This document shows positions 1 through 9,117 of a stretch of DNA of 64,000 nt, piece after piece. A program made the translations under genes and the position numbers. Source of the DNA: a virus (lineage: Duplodnaviria > Caudoviricetes); the IMG/VR virus record IMGVR_UViG_2744054895_000002, positions 1 through 64,000 of that record. One strand, given 5' to 3'. Within the stretch, counting starts at the first letter, position 1. Each line of letters opens with the position of its first letter. The notes below the pieces were generated by a model that was not told the origin of the DNA, ran no database searches, and saw only the letters and a list, made by a program, of their open reading frames with translations.

Positions 1-1587
1 TCACGCGGCGGGCCGCAGATCCTCGTCCGGACCGCTCTTCTCGGCGCCCCTCTTGGCCTCCGGGCCGGCCGTGGTCTGGTCCTTCGGCTGGGTTCGCTTG
101 CCCTTTCCGGTGCCTTTCTTCCGCGTGCGTGGCACGACCGCGATCGTGGACTCCGCCTCGGCTGTCAAGAGCTGCGGCAGGACGCTCGTGTAGGTGTCCG
201 AAGTGATCTGGCGGGAACTGTGGCCCAGCCGCTCCTGAACGACCTTGATGTCTGCCTTTCCGAGCAGCGCCAGCGTTGCCGAGAGGTGCCGGGTGTCATG
301 CAGCCGGATCGGGGGAAGCCCCGACAGCTCCACAAGCCGGGTGAACCGACGACTGATCCAGTCGGGATGCAGGGGCTCGCCGTTCTCGTGGGTCCAGACC
401 CGGTTGGTCTCCACCCACGCCTTCTCGCCAGACCACCGCTCCCGCTCCTTGGCCTGAGTGGCCTGCCACTCCTTCCACAGCTCGCGAGACTGAGAGTCGA
501 GAGTGACAGTGCGTACACTGTCCTGCTTCGGGGCTTCGTCGTACTGCCGGTAGGCGATCTCGACGATCTGTGCGGAGATACGGAACCATGATCCAGTCAG
601 GCTGACCTCCGGCCAGGGCAGGGCGCACATCTCGCCGCGACGAGGACCGCGGAAGATGAACGCGTGCCACATGGCGCAGAGTCGGTCGTCGCTCACGAAG
701 TCGAGGAACTCGCCGGTCTGCTCCGGTGTCCAGACCATGACGGGGCTGGGTTTCTTGCCCGTGCGCTTCCAGTCCTCGACCCGCTCCGGTGTCCAGACCA
801 GTGCCTTCGGGCGCTTGACCGCTGGCAGTTCGACAAGCGCGGCCAAGTTGGCCGAGTACTCGCCACGCTTGATGCCGCTGCCGAAGAACGAGCTGAGCGT
901 GGCGTTGATGCGGTGCATCGTCGCGGCACTGGTGATCTTCCGCTTGCCCTTGCGGCCTTCGCGAAGTGCGGCGTTGGCTTCGAGGTACAGCCGACGCGTG
1001 AGGCGACGCGCCGTCTTCTTCCCCGCGGTACGGATCCATGCTGTGTGGGCGGCGTCGCGGGCCTCCTGCAGCTCGACCACCTTGGCGTGGTGGAGCAGTC
1101 GTTCGGCGTTCTCCCGCTCAATCGCGTCGTACATGGCTTCGATGTGGCGTAGCTTGAGGTCCCGCCGCTTGATGTGGCCAAGGTGCGGTTCCAGGTACAG
1201 CGTGACGTGCTCCTCATACCCGTGCAGGGTCGTGCGGGCCAGGCTCTTCTTGCGCTTGAGCCAGTGCCGCAGGTCCTCGCCGACGGTGGCGTTGCTGAGC
1301 ACATCCGTGCCACCGATGACGTTGCGATAGACCTCGGTGGCCTTGGTCTTCGCGTCGTCCTTCGTCGCGAAGCCTCCTCGCCGCACGCGCTGGCGCTTAC
1401 CGCCCTCGCCTGCTTCAAGCTCGAAGTAGAAGTACCAGGTGCCGTGCCCCTTCTGCGTCAGCTTGGGGCAGCTCGCGCCCAGCATGCGCATCTTGGGCGA
1501 GCCGTCGTCGTTGAGTATCGGTTCCCCGGCGGCGTCGAGGGCCGGTGCCTTGCAAGCGCAGCGCCGGTAGTAGTTGGGGTTGAACAC
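1..1587 (-). CDS. int: Tyrosine recombinase / phage integrase
   Basis: Catalytic residues R (FRGPRRGE), HxxR (HDTRH), LGH and Y (DTYT); N-terminal arm-binding-like region; GTG at 1587 follows GAAGGGGA (ORF track extends to 1659). Confidence 0.95.
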   Translation of the reverse strand: MFNPNYYRRCACKAPALDAAGEPILNDDGSPKMRMLGASCPKLTQKGHGTWYFYFELEAGEGGKRQRVRRGGFATKDDAKTKATEVYRNVIGGTDVLSNATVGEDLRHWLKRKKSLARTTLHGYEEHVTLYLEPHLGHIKRRDLKLRHIEAMYDAIERENAERLLHHAKVVELQEARDAAHTAWIRTAGKKTARRLTRRLYLEANAALREGRKGKRKITSAATMHRINATLSSFFGSGIKRGEYSANLAALVELPAVKRPKALVWTPERVEDWKRTGKKPSPVMVWTPEQTGEFLDFVSDDRLCAMWHAFIFRGPRRGEMCALPWPEVSLTGSWFRISAQIVEIAYRQYDEAPKQDSVRTVTLDSQSRELWKEWQATQAKERERWSGEKAWVETNRVWTHENGEPLHPDWISRRFTRLVELSGLPPIRLHDTRHLSATLALLGKADIKVVQERLGHSSRQITSDTYTSVLPQLLTAEAESTIAVVPRTRKKGTGKGKRTQPKDQTTAGPEAKRGAEKSGPDEDLRPAA

Positions 1588-1652
1588 GTACGCATCCCCT
1601 TCGTTTGTGGATCTTCTGTGCCGGTCTTTGTTGACCGATGCCCTATCTTGCC

Positions 1653-1670
1653 CCAACACTCCAGTGTTGG
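1653..1670. promoter_or_regulatory. Palindrome CCAACACT-CC-AGTGTTGG between divergent int and xis (candidate operator)
   Basis: Perfect 8-bp arms in the int/xis intergenic region; related half-sites at 7372, 54117 and 58414. Confidence 0.55.
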
Positions 1671-1716
1671 CGTATCCTTATGGCATGTTGGCGCGGGGGA
1701 GAACGCGACAACGGGA

Positions 1717-1968
1717 ATGACAACGAAAGACGCCTCTGTAGCTACGGACTCCGGGGTCAGACAGATGACCCTGGAAGAACTGCTCGCGCTGCCGCCGACC
1801 GTGAACGTCACGACGGCCGCGCGGGCGCTTGGGATCGGTGTGCATAAGGCTTACAGCTTGATCAAGATGGGGTCTTTCCCCGTGCAGACGCTCCCCCTGG
1901 GCGGCACGGTAAGAGTCCCCACAGCTGCGCTTTGGCGAGTACTTGGAGTGACGCCACCGGCGCGGTGA
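1717..1968 (+). CDS. xis: Excisionase-like HTH protein
   Basis: 83 aa, LPPTVNVTTAARALGIGVHKAYSLIK winged-helix (HTH_17-like) pattern; divergent from int. Confidence 0.8.
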   Translation: MTTKDASVATDSGVRQMTLEELLALPPTVNVTTAARALGIGVHKAYSLIKMGSFPVQTLPLGGTVRVPTAALWRVLGVTPPAR

Positions 1969-2074
1969 TCTGAGAAGCCCTTGGCCCGTCGATCTCCCTG
2001 CGCCCAGCTTGAACTTAGTGCTGTGGCCTAGGATCGGGCGGCTACAGGGCGCACGAGACGGAACGGACCACCGC

Positions 2075-3034
2075 ATGCCACGGCTCTTCGGTTTCGCCGA
2101 CACATCGCGTCGTCGGCTACATGATGACGAGGTGGACCCGCTTCGCCAGATGGTTAGCCGCGCACTCGCTGGCCAGAGCAACGCGGATGTTGCTGTGTGG
2201 GCGAACGGCGAGGGCTACCGCGGCACGCTCGGCGGGGAGTGGAAGGACGCATCGGTAGGTCGCCTCTTCCGTAACCCGGCCATCGCCGGACTGCGCTACG
2301 ACGAGAACGGCGAACTCGTTGATGCCGGTCACCCAGGGGCCATTGAGCGCGAAGAGTTCGAGGCGCTTCAGGAACGGGAGCAGAGCCGTAAGACGGCGGA
2401 TGCGGACCCGCCGTACGACTACCTTTTGGTCGGCGGAGCGAGCACCTGCGGCAACTGCACGCACGTCCTCCAAGGCGCCCGCACCAATGCGGGAACACCC
2501 GGCTATCGCTGCCGCCCGAAAGACAAGGACGGACGTGGGGGTTGCGGCGAGGTCCGGATGGATGCCGAGCTGTTGGAGAACCACGTCGGTGAGTACGTTG
2601 TGGCGGAACTCCTCAAGCCCGGTGTCCGGGACCAGATCCTCAAGGCCCAGGCCGCTGTGCGTGAGCAGGTCGCGAAGATCAACCAGGAGATCAAGGACCT
2701 GGAGGTTCGCCGGACCGAGGCTGGGACGCTCTACGGCAAGCGCCAGATCAGCAGCGACTCGTTTGTGGCCGCTGACCGCGAGATCACGGCGAACCTCAAG
2801 GCTGCCCGTTCACGTCTCCGGTACGCGGAGCAGATGGCGAACTTCTCGCTGGGCAGCGCCAAGGATCTGGTGAGGTGGTGGAACACCGCGCCGACAGCGT
2901 CCAAGAAGGCCATCGTCACGTTGCTCTTGGAGAACGTCGAGGTGTTCCCCGCAAGCGCCCGCGGTATTCGCACGGTCGAGCCTGGCCGTGTCGTCCTGCA
3001 CTGGCGCACGCTGTCGAGCCTGTCAGGCGGCTGA
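2075..3034 (+). CDS. Large serine recombinase homologue with recombinase domain, Zn ribbon and coiled coil only (no catalytic resolvase domain)
   Basis: LFRNPAIAGLR and HPGAIEREEF (recombinase domain), CGNC..YRC..GC Zn ribbon, coiled coil, C-terminal LLENVEV strand; no N-terminal YxRxS motif and only ~100 bp between it and xis. Confidence 0.8.
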   Translation: MPRLFGFADTSRRRLHDDEVDPLRQMVSRALAGQSNADVAVWANGEGYRGTLGGEWKDASVGRLFRNPAIAGLRYDENGELVDAGHPGAIEREEFEALQEREQSRKTADADPPYDYLLVGGASTCGNCTHVLQGARTNAGTPGYRCRPKDKDGRGGCGEVRMDAELLENHVGEYVVAELLKPGVRDQILKAQAAVREQVAKINQEIKDLEVRRTEAGTLYGKRQISSDSFVAADREITANLKAARSRLRYAEQMANFSLGSAKDLVRWWNTAPTASKKAIVTLLLENVEVFPASARGIRTVEPGRVVLHWRTLSSLSGG

Positions 3035-3796
3035 GGCGGCCGCCTTGCGGGCGGCGAGCCGCTTGCCGACCGTCGCCATGGTCAATCCAGTGATCAGCGA
3101 CATCACGGCGAGTCCGGCCAGGACCGGTGAGACGATCTCCTCGTCCCGCAGCGGCCACGGGTGACCCAGATAGTGGGTCACCAGGTATGAGCCCTTGCTC
3201 GCGGCGTAGGCCACTCCCAGGAGGGCCGCCGTCGCCGACATGGCGAGCCCGCGAGCCGACCACATGTGCCCACCTCGCCTGGCGGAGAGCGCCATGCCGG
3301 AGCAGAGAAAAGCGATTTCGCCGCAGGTGATCGCTACATAAGCGAGGTAGACCATGAGGTAGACGGTGACCCCTGGCGCCGCGGCGTACTCCGTCGTGAA
3401 CTCGATGCTCTCGCCGGTGGTCTCGATGAATAGCGGCAGCATCGCGGCCAGGACGCAGACCGCGAAGGCGATGCGCGCGTACAGGCTGGCCTTCAAGACG
3501 TCCTGGTTGTAGGACCAGTCCACCAGCATGAGTTGAAGGCTGCCGCACCACAGGACCGCGCAGATGTGTGCCCCAAGCTTGGCCGCGTTGTTCATGCCGG
3601 TCGCGGACTCGAAGAAGTCTTCGATCGGTGGCACAGCGAGGAGGACGCCCAGGGTGCAGACGCCGAAGGCCACGGTCCGGGCGAATCGGGCGATGTGGTA
3701 TTCGTTCCGGATGCGCTGACGCCAGGCTTCGCGAGCGGAGAGAACGGTGCCTGCTAAGCCGAACAGCGCGCACAGGCCAAAGACGATGCCGTCCAT
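3023..3796 (-). CDS. Multi-pass membrane protein, MAB_1171c-like
   Basis: 257 aa with about 7 hydrophobic segments; NNAAKLGAH and YLMVYLAY patterns recalled from MAB_1171c-family proteins; directly downstream of an XRE gene. Confidence 0.65.
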   Translation of the reverse strand: MDGIVFGLCALFGLAGTVLSAREAWRQRIRNEYHIARFARTVAFGVCTLGVLLAVPPIEDFFESATGMNNAAKLGAHICAVLWCGSLQLMLVDWSYNQDVLKASLYARIAFAVCVLAAMLPLFIETTGESIEFTTEYAAAPGVTVYLMVYLAYVAITCGEIAFLCSGMALSARRGGHMWSARGLAMSATAALLGVAYAASKGSYLVTHYLGHPWPLRDEEIVSPVLAGLAVMSLITGLTMATVGKRLAARKAAASAA

Positions 3797-3802
3797 TTTG
3801 GT

Positions 3803-4330
3803 TCAGGTTCCTTCCAGATCAGCGACGGCCCGTTCGGCAGCTTCTGTGAAGCTGAGGCGCCTCCGCCGGCCCGGCCGCGGTGGTTCGGCGGCAGGGGGAA
3901 GAGGCTCGGGGACTTCTGGGACGTTGAGATCGCTGTGTCCGTGTCGCAGACGGATCTCACGTGCGGCCTCCAGAAGTTCGGCAGCCCCGGCCTCGCCCAG
4001 GTCATGGACTAGCCGAAGTGCCTCGCGGGCGTCTTGGTGCTCCTCGTAGACCGACAGAGAGGTCAAACCGTTGTAACCAGGCAGTAGGTAAGCTGCCGGA
4101 CATTCGAATGCACGTGCGAGTCCGAGGAGTTGCGAGACCTGGGGATTGGCCTTGGCGCCGTTCAGGAGGTCGTTGACCACCTGATGGGTCATTGCCGGTT
4201 TCCCCTCGGGTGTCTCGGCTGTGGCGGCAGCGATGGCGCGCGTACTCGGGGTCTTCCCGTCCGCTCCGCGCTTCCTGCCGAGCAGGACGGCGAGCTTGCT
4301 GGAGAGGGGGGTGTCCGGGCCGAGCGGCAT
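3803..4330 (-). CDS. XRE-family HTH transcriptional regulator
   Basis: STRAIAAA..MTHQVVNDLLNGAKANPQVSQLLGLARAFECPAAYL HTH pattern; ATG 4330 after GAGGAG. Confidence 0.8.
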   Translation of the reverse strand: MPLGPDTPLSSKLAVLLGRKRGADGKTPSTRAIAAATAETPEGKPAMTHQVVNDLLNGAKANPQVSQLLGLARAFECPAAYLLPGYNGLTSLSVYEEHQDAREALRLVHDLGEAGAAELLEAAREIRLRHGHSDLNVPEVPEPLPPAAEPPRPGRRRRLSFTEAAERAVADLEGT

Positions 4331-4594
4331 GGTGCTGGTTACTCCTCGGTTGTGCGGCGGCGGTTCATGGGACAGCTTAATGTCTAGATTGGTTGACAAT
4401 AGGTGAGGGGCGCAGCAAGATCTGTAACGGCAGTCGTAGAACGCGTACTCAGCATGCGGGCCGCCTCCTCTCTTTTGCTCTCGGGCTGCAAGATTGTGAC
4501 CGGCAACCCTCACGCCTACCTGATGTGTGCCGCCAACGAGTCTGCGCGGGGATCTAACTCGGGGGTCGAACGCTGCAATGCGGGGAGGGTGCGA

Positions 4595-4765
4595 GTGGGG
4601 ATCGAGCTGGAGCGAGTGCTGGCCCGGCTGGAGGAGTCCGATGGCACGGAAAACGTTGTCATGGACGAGAGGGTGGCGTACGAGGTGCTGGGGGCTCTGG
4701 CGGTCGTCGATCCGGAGCGGGTCGGCTGTCGGACCGAGTGCTTGAGCGGGGTCGCCGCAAGCTGA
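4595..4765 (+). CDS. Small hypothetical protein (56 aa) divergent from the XRE gene
   Basis: GTG after GGGGAGGG; 3' part of ORF 4403..4765. Confidence 0.4.
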   Translation: MGIELERVLARLEESDGTENVVMDERVAYEVLGALAVVDPERVGCRTECLSGVAAS

Positions 4766-4845
4766 TTATGGCGCCAGCCATCGAGTGCGGATCCCTGGAG
4801 GGTCCGCGCTCAAGCGTCTGACCTGCAAAAACATGTCGAAAATTG

Positions 4846-4880
4846 TGGACCCCCTCCTCTAATGCCTATAGAATAGAACC
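4846..4880 (+). promoter_or_regulatory. Early promoter/operator copy 1 (TGCCTATAGAATAGAACC; -10 TAGAAT at 4869)
   Basis: Near-identical 18-mers at 53981, 57893 and 62918; TGGACC 17 bp upstream of TAGAAT. Confidence 0.75.
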
Positions 4881-4929
4881 AGAAGGAAGGGGGAAGGAGA
4901 AGCCCCCCGCCGACCTCTTGGAGTCCGCA

Positions 4930-6069
4930 ATGCACAAGTACGCCGCCCTGAAGATGCGCCAGATCCGCCGCAACCCGAACCAGCCCCGCAAGACCTTCAG
5001 CGAGGAGGCCCTTCAGGAGCTGGTCGACTCGATCAAGGAGCACGGCCTGCTCCAGCCGATCGTCGTCCGGAAGGTCGAGGAGGGCGGATACGAGCTGGTC
5101 GCCGGCGAGCGCCGCTTCCGCGCCAACGAGCTGGCGGGCAACATCACCATCGAGACCAAGATCCTGCTGCCCGAGGCTGACGCTGAGATCAGCGACATGG
5201 AGTCCTTCAAGAAGGCGATGGCCGAGAACCTGAACCGCGAGGACATGCTCCCGCTGGAGGAGGCTCGCGGCTTCAAGAAGGTGCTGGACGAGGAGGAGGA
5301 CGCCACGGTCGCCAGCGTGGCGAAGACCTTCTCCAAGTCGATTCAGTACGTCAACCAGCGCCTGGCCCTGCTCGCCCTCCGCCCGGAGATCCAGACGGCT
5401 GTCGACCTCGGACACATCGGCACCCAGGCCGCCGTGCAGATCGCCGCTCTCTCGCGCGACAACCAGAAGGCGGTCTTCGAGGACTGGAAGAAGGGCAACA
5501 AGAGCGACAACCAGCTCGTCCACATCGCCTACGCCATGCGCAAGCAGGAGACGGCGGCCAAGCAGGACTCCATGGTTGACGTCGAGGAGATCACCCCCGA
5601 GGAGAAGGCCGAGCGCAGTCGGACACAGGCCAAGACCAAGAGCGACCTCGACGAGATCGAGCGGATGTGCGAGCTGCTGGACAACATCGGCAAGGCGGAC
5701 CCGATGGAGCTGGCCCGCGCCCTGGAAGGCCAGGTCGGCAAGCGGCTGGAGCAGATGGACCGGGTCGCCAACTTCGTCCAGAAGGCGCGCTTCCAGCTCC
5801 GTCAGGCGAAGGCGCACGCCGACGCCAGCGAGATCATGGTTAACCCCGACGCGGCGGCGCCCGACCTGGTCGCGGAGGCCGACGCCGCGCTCGCCCAGCT
5901 GGAGCCCAAGGCCGACGCCGCTCCGCAGGCGGAGACGGGGCCCGTTACCGCGCCGCAGGACGAGGCCGCCCCGGAGCCCGAGAACACGCCCGCCGCCGAC
6001 ATGGAGTCGGAGAACGAGGCCGACGCGGAGGAGGGCGACACCCAGCCCAAGCCGGTTGTCGCGGCCTGA
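4930..6069 (+). CDS. parB: ParB/RepB/Spo0J-family protein with HTH and acidic tail
   Basis: NPNQPRKTF, GLLQPIVVR, LVAGERRFRA (ParB CTPase box), ENLNREDM, HTH VASVAKTFSKS; ATG 4930 after GGAG. Confidence 0.9.
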   Translation: MHKYAALKMRQIRRNPNQPRKTFSEEALQELVDSIKEHGLLQPIVVRKVEEGGYELVAGERRFRANELAGNITIETKILLPEADAEISDMESFKKAMAENLNREDMLPLEEARGFKKVLDEEEDATVASVAKTFSKSIQYVNQRLALLALRPEIQTAVDLGHIGTQAAVQIAALSRDNQKAVFEDWKKGNKSDNQLVHIAYAMRKQETAAKQDSMVDVEEITPEEKAERSRTQAKTKSDLDEIERMCELLDNIGKADPMELARALEGQVGKRLEQMDRVANFVQKARFQLRQAKAHADASEIMVNPDAAAPDLVAEADAALAQLEPKADAAPQAETGPVTAPQDEAAPEPENTPAADMESENEADAEEGDTQPKPVVAA

Positions 6070-6082
6070 CCCAGCCGACCCC

Positions 6083-6107
6083 GGGGCGGCCCCCAGTGGG
6101 CCGCCCC
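6083..6107 (+). terminator. GC-rich stem-loop after parB
   Basis: GGGGCGGCCC-ccagt-GGGCCGCCCC perfect 10-bp stem. Confidence 0.55.
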
Positions 6108-6149
6108 CTATCTCTGCGGAGACATGCAGTGAGGAACCCCATCCACGCC

Positions 6150-6440
6150 ATGCGGAACATCAACCGCAACCTGTTCCAGGTGCCAGCCTCGGCTGACGCA
6201 CTTGAGGAGTACGACTCCGATGCAGCCGAACTCGTCCGCGCGGCCGCGCAGCACCTGTACAAGGCGCGGCGTGACCACGACCAGGCGGCCCTGGACGAGG
6301 CCAGCAACCTGACCATCCACGCAGCCGCCCATCTCTTGAACCAGGCCGGCGGATCGGTCTACGTGCGCTTCCCCATCATGCTCACGGCCCGCCTGGTCGA
6401 ACTCGAAGCGGCGCTGCTCGCCACGACGGCCAACGAGTAG
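6150..6440 (+). CDS. Hypothetical protein
   Basis: High-GC3 codon usage, GAGGA upstream, stop 10 nt before the next gene. Confidence 0.65.
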   Translation: MRNINRNLFQVPASADALEEYDSDAAELVRAAAQHLYKARRDHDQAALDEASNLTIHAAAHLLNQAGGSVYVRFPIMLTARLVELEAALLATTANE

Positions 6441-6450
6441 GGAGACGACT

Positions 6451-7368
6451 ATGCAGATAGATCCCGACACCCTCGACGTGATCCGGGCAGCCACGGTCGA
6501 CGGCTCGGCGCTCCGCCTCCCCGGCCAGCTCGACCCGAAGCTGTACAAGCGGGTTGACCTCGCCCTGAGCGTCGTGGGCGGCAAATGGCACCGCTATAAG
6601 CGCGCTCACATCTTCCCCATCGCCGCAGCCGACGCCATCGCTGAACTGCTCGCCACCGGCGAAGTGATCACGGACGGCGACCGCGGGTACTACCCCACCC
6701 CTGAACCCGTGGTCGAACAGCTCCTGGAGCTGGCCGACCTCGAACCCGGCTGCGAGGTACTGGAGCCCTCGGCCGGACGCGGCGCCATCGCTGAGCCTGC
6801 CGCCGCTCGCGGCGCCATTGTCGACTGCATCGAACTCGACCAAGGGCGCGCCGAACACATTCGCGCCGGTGGATACGCACGCAGTGTCACCAATGCCGAC
6901 TTCCTCAGCATGAAGGTGGAGCGCCGCTACCAGCGCGTCATCATGAACCCGCCGTTCGCCGACCGGCAGGACATCCGGCACGTCGAGCGGGCGCTGCGTT
7001 TCGTTCAGCCCGGCGGTCTGGTCGTCGCGGTCATGTTCGGCAGCTTGTCCTTCCGTACTGACCGTCTGACTAAGGACTTCCAGGCGCGCGTGCGGGAGGC
7101 ACGAGGCATCATCATGGCCCTGCCGGACAACGCCTTCCCAGTCGTGGGCGTGCGTACCGTCATCGCGGTCATCCCCGTCCGCGAAGCGCCACCAGCCCCA
7201 CGCGTGCACCTGTCGGCCCCGCGCCCCGAGCACTTCACGGAGCGACCACGCGCCGTGCAGCAGGACTTGTTCATCACCGACGGGCCGACCGGCCATAGGA
7301 CAGCCGCCCTCGACGGGTTCGGCTACGGGGCGGCTCCGGACGGGGGAGCCAGTCAGCAGCCTAAGTAG
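6451..7368 (+). CDS. SAM-dependent (probably N6-adenine DNA) methyltransferase
   Basis: YYPTP, motif I VLEPSAGRGAI, motif IV MNPPF. Confidence 0.85.
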   Translation: MQIDPDTLDVIRAATVDGSALRLPGQLDPKLYKRVDLALSVVGGKWHRYKRAHIFPIAAADAIAELLATGEVITDGDRGYYPTPEPVVEQLLELADLEPGCEVLEPSAGRGAIAEPAAARGAIVDCIELDQGRAEHIRAGGYARSVTNADFLSMKVERRYQRVIMNPPFADRQDIRHVERALRFVQPGGLVVAVMFGSLSFRTDRLTKDFQARVREARGIIMALPDNAFPVVGVRTVIAVIPVREAPPAPRVHLSAPRPEHFTERPRAVQQDLFITDGPTGHRTAALDGFGYGAAPDGGASQQPK

Positions 7369-7616
7369 ATCCCAACACAGGACAGTGATACGGTCTATCT
7401 CGTTGGCGGGTACGGCCACAGCCGAGGAACCGGCTCACCAACACGCCGTGGCATGCGGCATCCCCTTCGGTGCCTGGCGGGTGGCCAATCCCCCGCGCCC
7501 TACCCGCCAGGCATCGGCTCCGCGCCGAAGCGAAGCCGCCAGGACCGCAGCACGACGAACGCCATCGGACCCGCCCCCGCCCACGCCGGGGCGGGTCCCT
7601 TGCGATCCGGAGCGAC

Positions 7617-7826
7617 ATGAGCGCAGAGGACTTCAACGGAGACCCCGAAGACCGCGAGTTGTACTTGCGTCTGCTCATCGAAAGGGACGGCCCGTCGGAC
7701 AGGGCGATCGATGAGCGAGACCCCGGCCGACAGGTCCGGAAGGCCCCAGACCGTGATGCGGCGCGGCGAAGCGCGGAACTCGAAGCAGCTAACTCAACCA
7801 GTCGACGACGGAGGACAGTGGGATGA
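7617..7826 (+). CDS. Small hypothetical protein
   Basis: ATG after GGAG inside ORF 7470..7826; no recognisable motif. Confidence 0.35.
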   Translation: MSAEDFNGDPEDRELYLRLLIERDGPSDRAIDERDPGRQVRKAPDRDAARRSAELEAANSTSRRRRTVG

Positions 7827-8086
7827 ATGAGGGCCAGGCGCCCGAGCCAGCCAAGCACCGTAAGCCGCCTGTTCCAGGAGCCGAGTGGTGCACAGCCTGT
7901 GAGTCCTGGTGTCTGCCGCCGAGCATCTGTGGCTGCAACAACAGGTGAGCGTCAGACGCCGTCGCCACTTGGTGCGCCAATGCGACCGGTGAGCGGGGCG
8001 ACATCGGCCCGCTCACCTCCAAGGCCAAGCGGGTGGTCAAGGAATGGACTGAACGGCCCGCGGTCGTTGCGGCTGACTAGGTTCCA

Positions 8087-8953
8087 TCAGGCAACGGGAG
8101 GTGCTGTGCCTGCCTTCCTGGTTCCCTGAGTCGCCGGTCCCTGTTTGAGGGAAATGGCGAGCAGACCAGCCATCGCCCTGACGTAGTTTATGTCGCTCTT
8201 TTGCAACACGTCCGGTTCGGTGGAGTCAACAGTGAGCATTCCGAGCAGCTTAGATTTGGTTGCGATAGGAACCGATATAAAAGCGTGGTAATTGCCAAAC
8301 TTGGGTAGCGGCGCGTCACCGGTGTCATCCTTCGATATTAGATACCGCTCTCCCCGTTCCAGTCGATCAAAGACGTAATCTCCTTCCTCTGTGCCCTTGG
8401 CGAAGCGATGGCGCGGTTCACTAGCACGGCCGGCGATCGCGTCGGAAATTAGCTCGCCAGGTGAATCAAGTTTGAAGTAGCATGCACGCAAGCATCTCTT
8501 CGCCCCGCCCTTAAGAGTGTGACTGAGGCTTGATACAAGGCCCTGCAAAATTATGGTCTTCGCTGCCCCGATGTGTGCAGCCCTACCCTTTAGGGGTTCA
8601 TCGAGGGCTGCTTCCAGCTCACGCACCCATGGGACTAGTGTCTGCTGGACGGTTACGTTGAAATCGGCCTCTATAGCTCTGGCTTTCGCTTCTTCCTGCC
8701 TGGCCTCATCGGCGGCCCGAAGGGCTTCCTTGTGCGCGGCTGCGTTCTCAATTCGACCAGCAGCCCAGTTCAGGGCGTAACAAACAGCAGCCAGGCTTGC
8801 CAGTGCGAACTTCCATGATCCGCTCACCAGCGTCGCGATTATGCCTAGTGGCCAGAACGCCAAACCGCTCGATATGCTAGCGAATTTAACTGCCCGCTTC
8901 GGTGCCTTCGTCAAGGCGTCGAGGAGCTTCTTGCGCAAATCACGCCAAGCCAT
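8087..8953 (-). CDS. Membrane-anchored GAF-domain protein (moron)
   Basis: Two N-terminal hydrophobic helices; C-terminal YHAFISVPIATKSKLLGMLTVDS GAF pattern; opposite strand and visibly AT-richer than flanks. Confidence 0.7.
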   Translation of the reverse strand: MAWRDLRKKLLDALTKAPKRAVKFASISSGLAFWPLGIIATLVSGSWKFALASLAAVCYALNWAAGRIENAAAHKEALRAADEARQEEAKARAIEADFNVTVQQTLVPWVRELEAALDEPLKGRAAHIGAAKTIILQGLVSSLSHTLKGGAKRCLRACYFKLDSPGELISDAIAGRASEPRHRFAKGTEEGDYVFDRLERGERYLISKDDTGDAPLPKFGNYHAFISVPIATKSKLLGMLTVDSTEPDVLQKSDINYVRAMAGLLAISLKQGPATQGTRKAGTAPPVA

Positions 8954-9117
8954 CGATCCCCCTTCAGTGTCCTAGGGGTACCACATGTCTCACACCTCAC
9001 GCTCCTCTGGGAGATGCTGGCCCGCAAGTCGAGAATGCTTGAGTGCTGGTCGGCAGGGAGATCAACTACCCTGAGCGATGTAGGGCGCGGGGAAACGACC
9101 TAGACAAAGGACGTCTC

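Noticed and set aside
720-800. 18-bp direct repeat GCTCCGGTGTCCAGACCA at 720 and 783 as a possible att core
   Set aside because: Both copies are inside the integrase CDS and encode a repeated VWTPE peptide.
7385-8086. Several overlapping ORFs between the methyltransferase and the GAF gene
   Set aside because: No motifs and conflicting frames; only 7617..7826 was kept, at low confidence.
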